Shown here piece after piece: positions 1 to 10,343 of a DNA stretch of 64,000 bases. This DNA is from an uncultured Clostridia bacterium. Its GTDB lineage: Bacteria > Bacillota > Clostridia > TANB77 > UBA1234. Made by a program: the position numbers and the translations under genes. Every line of letters starts with the position of its first letter. The first letter of the stretch is position 1. The DNA is taken from NCBI GenBank assembly GCA_934149305.1, contig CAKPEF010000002.1, positions 75,689-139,688 of the forward strand. Reading direction: 5' to 3'. Under the pieces are notes generated by a model. It did not search any database and was not told the origin of the DNA. It saw only the letters and a list, made by a program, of their open reading frames with translations.

Positions 1-1
1 T

Positions 2-3000
2 TTTAAAGATGGAAGCGAAAATGAGCAAGTAATTAAAAAGAGTAACGAACCTATAAGATTAAAATACAAAGCAAGAGAAGGATATATTTTAGAGGGATGG
101 AGCAAGAGTGACACATCAGTTACTTCTGAATATATGCCAGGCAGTCTATTTAACGAAAATGCAGACACAGATTTGTATGCAGTATGGAAAGAGGGAGAAC
201 CTGCAATATATACAATAACATTTAACGCGAATGGTGGTAAGGGTGCTCCAAAGCCAATAAAGAAAACACAAAGATTACCAGTAACATTGCCATCAGGTGA
301 TGAACTACCAACAAAGACAGGTTCAACATTCGTAGCATGGAGCATATCATCAGACAAAGAAAATGTAGAAGAAAGATATGCAGAAGGCGCAGAATATACA
401 AAAGATAATAATGTGACATTATTTGCAATATGGCAAGAAAGTGATGTAAGAGTTGAAGCAGTTGTTGTTCCAGAGGGAGCAGGAAATGTAGTAGGAACAG
501 GCGTAAAAGAGGTAGGCAATATAGTTTATGTAACTGCTGTTGCAAATAAAGGGTACGCATTTGATAAATGGAAAGTTTTAAGTAATAATACAAAATTAGA
601 GAATACATATGCAGAAAAAACAAAATTTACAATGCCAGGTACCAAAGTAACATTGCAAGCAACATTTAAAGAGACAAGTTATGACTATGTAATAAAATAT
701 GATTCAAATGGTGGAAGTAATGCACCAAACACACAATATAAGAAGCAAAATCAAGATATAACGATAAGCACAATGTTACCAACTAGAAGTGGATATAAGT
801 TTACAGGTTGGGATGACACAGCCTTAGCAACAACAGTAAAATACCACCCTGGTGATACATATTCAAAAAATGCAAGTGCAATACTATATGCAGTATGGGA
901 AAAGAATACAGATGAAGTTACATTAACATTTGATTCAAATGGTGGAACAAAAGCACCAAAGAGTATAACAAAACCAAAAGACACAATAATATCAATACCT
1001 ACAGAAAAGCCAGTAAGAAACAACTTATTATTCTTGGGTTGGAGCGAAGATAAAGAAGCAACAGTTCCAGAGTACAGAATAAGCGATTCGTATACACTGG
1101 CAGAAAACGAAACACTTTATGCAGTATGGTCAGATTCAGAAAAAGCAGTAGTAAATATAACGGCAGGCGAAGAAAACGACAACTTAGTCCTATTTGGAAA
1201 TGCAGTAGATAACGGTGGAATAGTAAAATATGCATGGACAAATGAATTCTATTCTGAATCAAATCAAAACAAAATAAGTTGGGTAAGCCTAAGTAGCAGA
1301 CAAGATGAAGTATCAATCAAAAAAGATGTATTAAAATCAGGAATGCATTATTTCTATGTACAAGACATAGATGGAAATATATCATATGCATCAATAGATG
1401 TATATAAACTAACATTTAAGTCAGATGTAAACGGAAGTGTATTTGTAACAAAATATAAAGCTGCAGGATTTGGCATAGAGCTTACAAAGCAAAAACCAAA
1501 AAAGACAATGCAAGCATTTAAAGCATGGAAATCAGAAAAAGACAATAGAGTATATTCAAAACATGAAAAATACATATTAGATAGCGATGAAACATTCGTA
1601 CCAGTATGGGGGGATGCAATAGCATATATTCCATCAACAGACACATATTATTTATCGACACAAGAGGCAGTTGAAGCAATACCAACAGATTGCACAGATT
1701 ATGTGTTAATAAAACTAGTAGCAAATGATCCATCTGATGGAGTAACAATAAAAGCAGGACAAAAAGTATCGTTAAATACAGAAACATTTATGATAAACTC
1801 AAATAACACCACAATCAGCATAGAAGAAGGCGGAGCATTCAAATTAGTTGGAGGAACCGTAAAAGGCTCAAATTACGCCATAAGAAACTTTGGTAAGCTA
1901 GAAGTAAGTGGAGGAACAATAAATGCAAAATACGCGGTATATAACGCCAAAGAAATGGTAATGGGAGATAGTAGCATAGAATTTGCAAAAGATAGTGCAA
2001 AATTAGAAGGAACAAGAAGCTCATATATAAAAGCAAATGCAGAAGCAACACTTGCAATATATAACGGAAGCTTCACTGATTACAGAAACACAGAAACAGG
2101 TGGAACATATTCAGTAGATGTAACAGGAGCAACAATAAGAGATGGCTTCAAACTAAGAAAAATCGGTGATTCAACAACATCATCAATAATAACAACAATC
2201 GTACAAAAACTAAAAATAGCGCAAACAGTAGTAGCGGGAACAGAAGCGAAACCAGTAGAAAAGAAAATAACACTATCGTGTGACAACAACAACTTCACAT
2301 TCCAATATAGCCTAGATGGTGGAACAACATGGATAACAGGAAAAGAAGTAAATGTAATAGACAATGGAAAAGTATATGGAAGAATAGTAGATCAAGATGG
2401 AGTAGCAGACATAATCGACACAACAGTAAGTGATATAGTAGAACTAAAAGTCACATTTGATGCTCAAGGAAAGGTAACAAATCCATCACAAATAAGTGTA
2501 AAATATAAGAGAACTTATGGAGATAAACTACCTGCAATCAACGACAGTAGCTTGGATTACTACTTTTTAGGGTGGTATACGGCTTCAACAGGAGGAACAC
2601 AGGTGAAAAATACGGATAATGTAACAATAGCAACGGATCACACGTTATATGCGCAGTGGAAGGCGAAGTATGCGACTGTCACATATAGCCCAGGAGCATA
2701 TGCATCAAGTTTAAGTGCAAATTGTTGTATAAATGGAACTTGGAGCGGATACTATGCATCTGGTTCATATACTGGAAGTAGTCCACAACAAATGATTTTA
2801 ATAGGAAATACATACAGAACAGTATTTGTTACAAAAGAAAATTATGAAACTTATATAAAGAGTGGAGGAACAGCTACAGAAGATGGAAAGTACTATGCAG
2901 TAAATAGAGGAATGCCAAGCAATCCTAGTTCAAACGACTATAGATACGAATTCGAATGTTGGCGTGACGCAAACGGAAACAAAATCACAAGTAGTTCTGT

Positions 3001-3574
3001 AGTTTCAATTACAGGAGATCATACAATAACTGCTTCATGGAGCAAGGTAAGCTGTAAGTGCTCAAAATGTTCAAAAACATATTTAACAGATTGTAATTGC
3101 ACAAACAGTATATGTAGCAAATGTAGTGGTAATGTGTGCACATATCACTGCCCAGGCCACACATATTATTGCTCATGTAGTGCATGTTCTAATGAAGTTT
3201 CTACGAGTGGAGCAAGATGCTCATCATGTAGTTCAAACGATTGTAGTACTTGTGGAAGTTGTTATAATTGTTGCCCAGGACATAGCTCAGGAGGGGGAAG
3301 TTCTGGTGGCGGAAACACTTGTACATTCTGTTCTGGAAGCGGAGTAGTTGCCGCAACAATAGAAGTGGTTTCTTCATATAATACAGGTTCGCCATGTTCT
3401 TGTGGAAATAGTGATTTGTACCTTGAAGAAAGATGCACAGGTTGCGGTTCAACATATTCAAATTCACATGCAACGTGTATTGTATGTGGTGGCAGTTGGG
3501 GACCATGGAAACAACAACATGCTAATTGTAAAGTGAAGTGTGGGCATTGTAATGGTACGGGCCAAAGTAACTAA
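2..3574 (+). CDS. large secreted surface protein, 5-prime partial (frame open from nt 2). It has many Listeria-Bacteroides (InlB B-type / Flg_new) repeats ending in LYAxW and a Cys-rich C-terminal module with DnaJ-like CxxCxGxG motifs
   Basis: The ORF is open to the window edge. It contains repeated GYxFxGW...LYAVW units and a C-terminus CKVKCGHCNGTG with many CxxC pairs. No LPXTG motif is present. Confidence 0.7.
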   Translation, partial: FKDGSENEQVIKKSNEPIRLKYKAREGYILEGWSKSDTSVTSEYMPGSLFNENADTDLYAVWKEGEPAIYTITFNANGGKGAPKPIKKTQRLPVTLPSGDELPTKTGSTFVAWSISSDKENVEERYAEGAEYTKDNNVTLFAIWQESDVRVEAVVVPEGAGNVVGTGVKEVGNIVYVTAVANKGYAFDKWKVLSNNTKLENTYAEKTKFTMPGTKVTLQATFKETSYDYVIKYDSNGGSNAPNTQYKKQNQDITISTMLPTRSGYKFTGWDDTALATTVKYHPGDTYSKNASAILYAVWEKNTDEVTLTFDSNGGTKAPKSITKPKDTIISIPTEKPVRNNLLFLGWSEDKEATVPEYRISDSYTLAENETLYAVWSDSEKAVVNITAGEENDNLVLFGNAVDNGGIVKYAWTNEFYSESNQNKISWVSLSSRQDEVSIKKDVLKSGMHYFYVQDIDGNISYASIDVYKLTFKSDVNGSVFVTKYKAAGFGIELTKQKPKKTMQAFKAWKSEKDNRVYSKHEKYILDSDETFVPVWGDAIAYIPSTDTYYLSTQEAVEAIPTDCTDYVLIKLVANDPSDGVTIKAGQKVSLNTETFMINSNNTTISIEEGGAFKLVGGTVKGSNYAIRNFGKLEVSGGTINAKYAVYNAKEMVMGDSSIEFAKDSAKLEGTRSSYIKANAEATLAIYNGSFTDYRNTETGGTYSVDVTGATIRDGFKLRKIGDSTTSSIITTIVQKLKIAQTVVAGTEAKPVEKKITLSCDNNNFTFQYSLDGGTTWITGKEVNVIDNGKVYGRIVDQDGVADIIDTTVSDIVELKVTFDAQGKVTNPSQISVKYKRTYGDKLPAINDSSLDYYFLGWYTASTGGTQVKNTDNVTIATDHTLYAQWKAKYATVTYSPGAYASSLSANCCINGTWSGYYASGSYTGSSPQQMILIGNTYRTVFVTKENYETYIKSGGTATEDGKYYAVNRGMPSNPSSNDYRYEFECWRDANGNKITSSSVVSITGDHTITASWSKVSCKCSKCSKTYLTDCNCTNSICSKCSGNVCTYHCPGHTYYCSCSACSNEVSTSGARCSSCSSNDCSTCGSCYNCCPGHSSGGGSSGGGNTCTFCSGSGVVAATIEVVSSYNTGSPCSCGNSDLYLEERCTGCGSTYSNSHATCIVCGGSWGPWKQQHANCKVKCGHCNGTGQSN
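2581..2660. repeat. left arm of an ~80-bp inverted repeat inside the surface protein gene (3 mismatches to the 4531-4610 arm)
   Basis: Direct comparison: tcaacaggaggaacacaggtgaaaaatacggataatgtaacaatagcaacggatcacacgttatatgcgcagtggaaggc matches the reverse complement of 4531-4610. Confidence 0.85.
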
Positions 3575-3600
3575 TATGTTTTTCTAAACATAAAATTTAA

Positions 3601-3640
3601 AGCTGAATGAAATTTTTCAGAATTTCATTCAGCTTTTATA
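3601..3640 (+). terminator. rho-independent terminator of the surface protein gene, usable in both orientations
   Basis: Perfect 14-bp stem agctgaatgaaatt/aatttcattcagct, flanked by A-rich upstream and T-rich downstream. Confidence 0.8.
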
Positions 3641-3950
3641 TTGAATATTGTTATATGAGTATTTCAAAAACAGAAAAAAATTTTTTATATAGAATGCCAC
3701 AACTAAAATATATTTTTTAGCACCATTTTATTAAAATCGCAAATCTATTTGAGATAAAAATGATTTTCTTCAATTTTTTCGTACTTGTTTTATGAAAATA
3801 TTCAATTTTTATTGACTTGAACATAAACAAATGATAATTTATTCCAAAAAGCAATTTTTCAATGAACTGCGCCCCAAAAGTTAAACAAAAATGTTTAATA
3901 ATGATATAAATGTTAAGGCACTTCTCAGAAATTGAGAGGTGCCTGTATTT

Positions 3951-4612
3951 TTATATTGTTCCTTTTCCGTGACATCTTCCACATGTTTTTGTGTGAGTGC
4001 CACCTCCGGTAACGGAATAAGTTTTGTGACAGCTTCCACATGTTCCATTATTACTATAGTCGGTTGCATATCCACATTTATTGCATACCAGTCTTGCAGT
4101 ACCAACACTATTTGAACCGCAAGTGCACAAACCATTTGAAGATGTTCCCTCGACAACAAATGTCCCACAAGCTATACTGCCGGTTCCTTTGCAATCTGGG
4201 CATTGAGTTGTTGTACTTCCGCCACCAGTACTTCCACCTCCGCTAGATGTAGGAGTTGGTGTAGGAGTTGGTGTAGGAGTTGATGTTGGCGTAGGTGTAG
4301 GCGTTGGTCTTAGTGTCCAATGAGCATACAATGTGTGGTTTGTTATTGTAGTAACAGTTGTATTACTAGTTATATGACTTCCTCCACTTCTACTTGTATA
4401 CCAATCATCGAAATCATACCCAGATCTTGATGGTGTTGGTAGTGAACCATATTTTTGATTTATTGTTACTGTCTTTGAGGAAGTTGATACACTTCCTCCG
4501 TTTGCATCGAAACTAACTGTAACTGTTTTTGCCTTCCAGTGTGCATATAACGTGTGATCCGTTGCTATTGTTACATTATCAGTATTTTTCACCTGTGTTC
4601 CTCCTGTTGAAA
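3951..4612 (-). pseudogene. promoterless, start-less paralogous C-terminal cassette of the surface protein (two B-repeats + PT-rich linker + Cys-rich CxxCxGxG module), inverted relative to the expressed gene
   Basis: Minus-strand frame encodes STGGTQVKNTDNVTIATDHTLYAHWKAK..., matching residues encoded at 2586-2660. The ORF-track extension to 4790 runs through tRNA-His and is artefactual. Confidence 0.6.
4531..4610. repeat. right arm of the inverted repeat (pairs with 2581-2660)
   Basis: Reverse complement equals the 2581-2660 segment apart from 3 mismatches. Confidence 0.85.
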
Positions 4613-4674
4613 AGAAAAATAGTCCAGAGCAACCTATGTTAAAAAATGGCAAAAAACTTGTTTGTAAATAATTA

Positions 4675-4703
4675 TTGACAAGCGTGGAAAAATAAGTTAC
4701 AAT
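4675..4703 (+). promoter_or_regulatory. sigma-A type promoter for the tRNA-His/tRNA-Gln operon
   Basis: TTGACA, 17-nt spacer, TACAAT; lies 20 nt upstream of tRNA-His. Confidence 0.6.
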
Positions 4704-4723
4704 ATATCTTGCATTGGAAAGAC

Positions 4724-4801
4724 GGTGGATGTAGCTCAGTTGGTTAGAGCGCCAGGTTGTGGCCCTGGAGGCCGTGGGTTCGAGTCCCATCTTTCACCCC
4801 A
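4724..4801 (+). tRNA. tRNA-His (anticodon GTG) with encoded G-1
   Basis: Cloverleaf folded by hand. Anticodon loop is ttGTGgc, extra 5-prime G pairs with discriminator C73, CCA is encoded. Confidence 0.8.
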
Positions 4802-4812
4802 TAATTTAATAT

Positions 4813-4888
4813 TGGGCTGTAGCCAAGTGGTAAGGCACCAGACTTTGACTCTGGCATTTCGGCGGTTCGAATCCTCCCAGCCCAGCCA
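4813..4888 (+). tRNA. tRNA-Gln (anticodon TTG)
   Basis: Acceptor tgggctg/cagccca, anticodon loop ctTTGac, T-loop GGTTCGAATCC, CCA is encoded. Confidence 0.8.
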
Positions 4889-4892
4889 AAAA

Positions 4893-4935
4893 GAAGCTGT
4901 TTTAGAGTAATAACTCTAAAGCAGTTTTTTTATAT
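4893..4935 (+). terminator. rho-independent terminator after the tRNA pair
   Basis: Stem ctgttttagagt/actctaaagcag followed by a T7 run. Confidence 0.7.
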
Positions 4936-5187
4936 GTCACAATGGGGTGGTAGCCAAAATTATTTTGGGCAGAACCTAATTTTAAAAGCGGACTTTAAGT
5001 ATAACTTTTGAAATTTATTAAAAAATTTTTCGAAGCAGCAAAATGTCCGCAAATGTGCAGGTATCCATATTTTTAGGTGAAAATAATTTTTGTGTCGAAA
5101 GATGTCGAGCAATTTTAGTTGTAAATTGTATATAAATGGTATAGAACTAAGTTGTACGAAAATTTGGGAAAAGAGGGAGATTTTGTA

Positions 5188-6547
5188 ATGAACAATATGA
5201 TTGAAATGCAAAATTTGCTTGGTGCAAATGAAGTATTTAAATGGATAGCAAGCACTGTGATATTTTCAATTTTGTATTCGTTATTAAATATATATGTTTT
5301 TAAAACTTTACTAAATGTGAAGATTAAGTCTAATACAATTGTTTACTTATTGTTAGCAGATTCGCTTTTCAAAGCACTTTGTTCTATATTTATTCCAGCA
5401 CCGTATTATAGGATTATTAATATGTTTTTTACGGTCGTATTATTTAGATTGTTTACTCGGACAGAATATAGAAAAATGCATTATTAGTGAAGCTGCTAAT
5501 TTTATTGTAATAATATGCTCAGAAACTATATTTTTGGAGTTGTTTATGAATGTTTTTGAGTATGTAGATTCATATGTAAGCGGAATGTATGATTTTAAAT
5601 ATAAGACTTGTGTTGTTGCTTCAATTTTTTTGGTAAAACTTATTATATATCTATGGTTAAGGTATAAAAATGTTGTTGTTAAAATTAGTGATCATTTTAG
5701 AGCAAGAATAAGAAATTCTTTGATAGTGGTTTCTGTTCTTGAGGTAATGCTAATATTCTTTAATTTTGTTGAGATGGCGATATATATATCTGATTTTCCA
5801 TATAGCATACTTGTACTAGATATTTTTGCTTTAGCTATATTTTTCAATTATAGCATAAAACACATATTAAAGTGTGCAAGGCTAGAAGAACAAGACGTTA
5901 TTATTGAAAATTTGGAGGCGTATAATAAAACATTATCAATAATGTATGATAGAATTCGCTGTTTTAAACATGATTTTTCTAATTTTGTGCAAGCACTTGA
6001 TGGATACGCAAAGACAGATGATATGAGCGGAATAAAAACTATGACTAAGTCTGTACTTAAAGAATGTAAATCAGTAAATAATATGGGAATATTAAATCCA
6101 AAAGTAATAAACAATCCCGCAATATACAGTATAATAACAAACAAATATTATGTTGCTATTGAAAAGATGGTGCAGATGAACATAGAGGTGATGTTTGATT
6201 TAAAAGAAATAAGTGCAGATGCGTATGAACTTTGTGTTATATTTGGAATCCTTTTAGATAACGCAGTAGAAGCTGCGGAAGAAAGTGAAGAAAAGATTGT
6301 AAATATTAGATTTGAAAAAAATAAGAAAAATGTAAAAACAATTTTAGTTGAAAACTCATACAAAAATAAAAATGTAGATATAGGTCAAATATTTGAAAAA
6401 GGTTATAGTACAAAAGAGGTTAAAGGCAAAAAGGGCGAAAGAGGAATTGGCCTTTGGAATGTGAGAAGAATGTTAAGTCATTCAAGTAAGCTTAATTTAT
6501 TAACTTCAAAAGGCGAATTTTTTAGACAAGTGATAGAAGTTTATTAA
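5188..6547 (+). CDS. AgrC/ComD-like GHKL sensor histidine kinase (polytopic N-terminus, HATPase C-terminus). It is interrupted by an in-frame CGG at 5458-5460, after which the frame moves +1. It is given as two ORFs in the track (5152-5487 and 5534-6547)
   Basis: C-terminus GERGIGLWNVRRMLS is typical of AgrC-family HATPase_c_5. The region 5459-5533 is open in the downstream frame. The joined length (~450 aa) fits the family. Confidence 0.6.
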
Positions 6548-6739
6548 GCGATAATTCCGGCTTGATAATAATATTTTGTTTAGATATAATTGTTATAAGG
6601 TTGTGTAAACTAATTTATGAAAAAAGATGAAACATGCTGCAATCATGTGGCTTAAGTGTGCTCCATAAAAACTAATTGACAGAGTTACACTAAAATATTA
6701 GAATTAGTGTACACAACTTTTTATAATAAGGGGGAGCAT

Positions 6740-8333
6740 ATGTCTAAAAAACGTATTATTATTTGGTTAATTATTGGTATTATATTTTCTATTGGAATTT
6801 CAATAATGCTATATGTATTCATTCCTAAAAAATTAAAGATAAATATTAAACTTCCAAAAGAATTTGAATTTGAAATATCAAATTTTGATAATTATGTTCT
6901 TATAGAAAGTGATGAACTAACTATACACTATTCAGAAGATAGGTCTCCATATGAAGATACTTTTTGGTATATAGATTATTATCAAAATAGGTTTTATACG
7001 AATGAAGACTATTTAAAAGAAAATAATATAACCTTACACGAAAATAGAATAGCTTCAATCAATCGGTAATAAAACATCAATTTTATCACTTACAAAACAC
7101 TATGAAAATTTAGATGATACTACATATACTTATGTTTTTATTCAAACTGATGGGCAAAACTACACAAGGTTTATGTTTAAAACAACTATGAATTATGATG
7201 AAAGGTATGTAAAACTTTATGAGGATATAATAAATTCATATTCTGCTAGCAAGAAAGACACATTAAGAACAACGGCGATATATTATTCTAATAAAGTTAT
7301 GAGGAAGATATTTCATAAAAATGAATTCTTCAAGGCATACCAAACTGAAAAACTAGACTTAAAGCCGATTGCAAATCCAAACTGGGATGAAAAAACAAAA
7401 GAACTTTACCAAAAGTTTTTGAGCTCTAATAAAATCACATGGGGAATATTCACAGTAAATGATGTTGAAAAGGCTATGAGTGAGAAAGTACCAGATATAG
7501 AAGAAAAGTTAGATTATAAATTTGATATTATACTTGTTTATAATCACCTTGGAAATCCACTTCAGGTAGAAGAAATGAAGAAAATACATGAAGAAAATAG
7601 AATAATAGAGCTTACAGTTCAAACTTGTGTAAATAACAATACAAGATTATTTGGATATACGCCTATTTTTGATATATTAGATGGAAAAAAAGATGAGCAA
7701 ATTCGCACACTTGCAAAAGAGATAAAAGAATTTGGAAATCCGGTCTTGTTTAGATTAAATAATGAAATGAATACAGATTGGACAAGCTATTCTGGAATAA
7801 TTGCGCTTAGCGATTCAACTATTTATAAAGATGTATGGAAATATATATACAACATTTTTGAAGAAGAAAATGTGGCAAATTGCATTTGGATTTATAATCC
7901 AAACGACAACAATTATCCACCATCTATATGGAATAACTTTTTGTGCTATTATCCAGGTAACGAATATGTGCAAATGCTTGGTATTACGGGATATAACACT
8001 GGAACATATTATGAAAAACAAAATGCAGAACGCTTTAGAGAATTTAAAGAAATATATGATGATATAAATGGAAAGTATAAAGATATATTTAGTAAGTTTC
8101 CTTGGATTATCACAGAGTTTGCATCTAGCTCAATTGGTGGTGACAAAGCAAAATGGATAGAGAATATGTTTAAAAATATTGAGAATTACCCTAATATAAA
8201 AGCAGCAGTTTGGTTTAGCAATGCCGATTACGACCCAGCATATGAAAACAATACAAAAGTTTCAAGACCTTATTGGTTAGATGAAACAGATGAAACCATA
8301 GAAGCATTTAAAAAAGGAATACATAAAGACTAA
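6740..8333 (+). CDS. membrane-anchored GH26-like glycoside hydrolase. The N-terminal signal-anchor segment (6740-7063) is joined to the catalytic domain (7173-8333) across an in-frame CGG at 7064-7066 followed by a +1 frame
   Basis: GH26 motifs RLNNEMN and ITEFA are present. Frame 0 from 7065 to 7172 has no stop codon. The N-terminal TM segment would supply the otherwise missing export signal. Confidence 0.55.
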
Positions 8334-8551
8334 TAAAAAGGCCCGTATTATTTATTTGATGCAGTTTTTTTAATATAAAATAAATTATGTGAAGATTTTG
8401 TGAATTTTAGCACTCGACACTTGACAGTGCTAAAATTAGAGTTATAATAAAAAATGTAAAAAGTTGAAAGACTTATTACAACAATCAAATTAAATATGTG
8501 CTACTTTAAGTTAAGAGTGTCAACACATAAAAATAAAAAGGAGAGATTTAT

Positions 8552-8974
8552 ATGATGATGATACCAAGAAGAAATGATTTTGATGTGATAGGAGATATGT
8601 TTAGAGATCCATTTTTCACTGAACATGAAACAAGAGTTATGAAGACAGATATTAGAGAAAATAAAGATAATTATTTAATAGATATTGACTTGCCAGGATA
8701 TAGCAAAGACAATATTAAAATATCAGTAGAAGATGGTTATTTAACAGTACAAGCTTCAATTGATTCAAATCATGAAGAAAAAGAACATGGAAAATTTGTC
8801 AGAAGAGAAAGATATACAGGCAGTTGTTCAAGAAGCTTTTATGTAGGCGATGAAGTAAAGAGTGAGGATATAAAAGCATCATTTAAAAATGGTATATTAT
8901 GCTTAGCAGTACCAAAGAAAGAAGAAACAAAGAAATTGCCAGAAAAGAAATATGTAGAAATTATAGAAGAATAA
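8552..8974 (+). CDS. Hsp20 / alpha-crystallin small heat shock protein
   Basis: The alpha-crystallin domain is recognisable (DNYLIDIDLPGYSKDNIKISVEDGYLTV ... GILCLAVPK). Confidence 0.85.
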   Translation: MMMIPRRNDFDVIGDMFRDPFFTEHETRVMKTDIRENKDNYLIDIDLPGYSKDNIKISVEDGYLTVQASIDSNHEEKEHGKFVRRERYTGSCSRSFYVGDEVKSEDIKASFKNGILCLAVPKKEETKKLPEKKYVEIIEE

Positions 8975-8986
8975 GCATAAACAAAA

Positions 8987-9020
8987 GGCCAGTGAGTCTA
9001 AAACCCACTGGCTTTTGTTT
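8987..9020 (+). terminator. rho-independent terminator
   Basis: Stem gccagtg/cactggc followed by a T-run. Confidence 0.6.
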
Positions 9021-9052
9021 TAGCAGACATTTTAAAGAAAGGTTTTGATGAT

Positions 9053-9571
9053 ATGAAATATGTTTTTGTATCAGATATACATGGAAGCGTTGAAGGACTT
9101 CGAAAGGTTATTGATATTTATAAAAAAGAAAACGCGGATAAACTTGTTATCTTGGGCGATACTGCCTCTGGCATGAATGCAGAGGACAATAGAGAACTTG
9201 CACAAATGTTAAATGACATGAAAAACAATGTCGAAGTAATAAGAGGAAACTGCGATACTATTTCTTTTGAAGAAATGATAGATTTTGAAATGTATGACAT
9301 GGATATTTTATATATAAATGGTAAGTTTGTTACTATAACACACGGTCATTACTATAACGCATATAATCTTCCAGAAAACCATGGCGAAATATTTATACAA
9401 GGACATACGCATATTCCAATTCTAGCAAAACAAAATGGACTTATTTTAGCAAATCCAGGTTCTATAACAAGGCCAAGAGGAACAGATTTAAGATGCTATA
9501 TTTTAATAGATGAAAGTAAAATTTGCTTAAAAACATTAGATGGAAAAACAATTAAAGAATTGACCTTTTAA
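9053..9571 (+). CDS. YfcE-like metallophosphoesterase
   Basis: DIHGS, GD, GNCD, THGH and GHTH metal-binding motifs. Confidence 0.8.
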   Translation: MKYVFVSDIHGSVEGLRKVIDIYKKENADKLVILGDTASGMNAEDNRELAQMLNDMKNNVEVIRGNCDTISFEEMIDFEMYDMDILYINGKFVTITHGHYYNAYNLPENHGEIFIQGHTHIPILAKQNGLILANPGSITRPRGTDLRCYILIDESKICLKTLDGKTIKELTF

Positions 9572-9646
9572 TATTTATAAAGTATAATTTCCTTGTAAGT
9601 AAAAAGTGTGTTTGAAAATTTGACTTTTATTAAAGGAGGATACTTT

Positions 9647-10228
9647 ATGAAGCGCACGATCAAGGATATATCGCGGAGGGAAATGTATGCAATGGCACAG
9701 GAATATGCAGAAACTGATTATCTACTTTCAGGGAACTATTTTGCGGAAAGATATGAGATAAGCACTTCTACATTTTATGCCGTCTTGCATAAGGCAATTT
9801 CAGAATCGCTAGTCTCTATTGAGATTGCGAGAAAAATCACTCAAAAAGCAGCATACAATACAGGAAGACACGGTGGAGAAGCGGCTAAGACTAGAATATT
9901 CAGGGTATACCAGGACTATATAAGAGAGCGTGAAACATATAGGTTTGATAGAGAAGAGGCTAAAAAATGGGTGAGACTTTATATAGATTCAGAAGATGAT
10001 ATCGAAGCATTTGCTAAGAAAAAACTTTTGAATCTAAAAATACTAAAGCGGGCACTTTATGATGTAGTGACAAACAGTTGGCTTGGTGCAGAGTACGTAG
10101 AAAGGCTAAGAGAAAAGACCGTTATTCAAAACACTACATACTTTGAAAGGGCTTTCGAAAAGGTAAAAAACGGTGAGGAACTAAGCGAAAATGAACAAAA
10201 AATTTTGAGGATTTTTGAGATAAAATAA
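9647..10228 (+). CDS. hypothetical protein. The start is moved to the ATG with a strong RBS (AAAGGAGGA); it contains an in-frame CGG at 9674
   Basis: ORF track frame. The RBS-supported start gives MKRTIKDISRREMYA. Confidence 0.45.
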   Translation: MKRTIKDISRREMYAMAQEYAETDYLLSGNYFAERYEISTSTFYAVLHKAISESLVSIEIARKITQKAAYNTGRHGGEAAKTRIFRVYQDYIRERETYRFDREEAKKWVRLYIDSEDDIEAFAKKKLLNLKILKRALYDVVTNSWLGAEYVERLREKTVIQNTTYFERAFEKVKNGEELSENEQKILRIFEIK

Positions 10229-10235
10229 CTAACAA

Positions 10236-10268
10236 AAACTGGCTTGTAAATAACGAGCCAGTTTTTGT
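10236..10268 (+). terminator. rho-independent terminator
   Basis: Stem ctggct/agccag followed by tttttgtgggtttt. Confidence 0.6.
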
Positions 10269-10343
10269 GGGTTTTATAGCATTTAAGGTTGAAATTTACA
10301 TAATTATGTGATATAGTATTAAAAAAATAATTGGAGGCTTGTT

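Noticed and set aside
222-2364. Several 60-130 aa minus-strand ORFs inside the surface-protein gene (222-623, 751-1023, 999-1316 and others)
   Set aside because: They are antisense to a well-supported long ORF, are Leu/Phe-rich low-complexity translations of repeat DNA, and have no RBS.
4613-4790. N-terminal extension of minus ORF 3951-4790 (MGLEPTASRATTWRS...)
   Set aside because: It runs through tRNA-His on the opposite strand. Homology to the expressed gene begins only at 4612, so the cassette has no start codon.
4700-4950. Integrated mobile element at tRNA-His/Gln or near the tRNA-Arg pair
   Set aside because: No integrase, recombinase or direct repeat of a tRNA 3-prime end was found flanking these loci.
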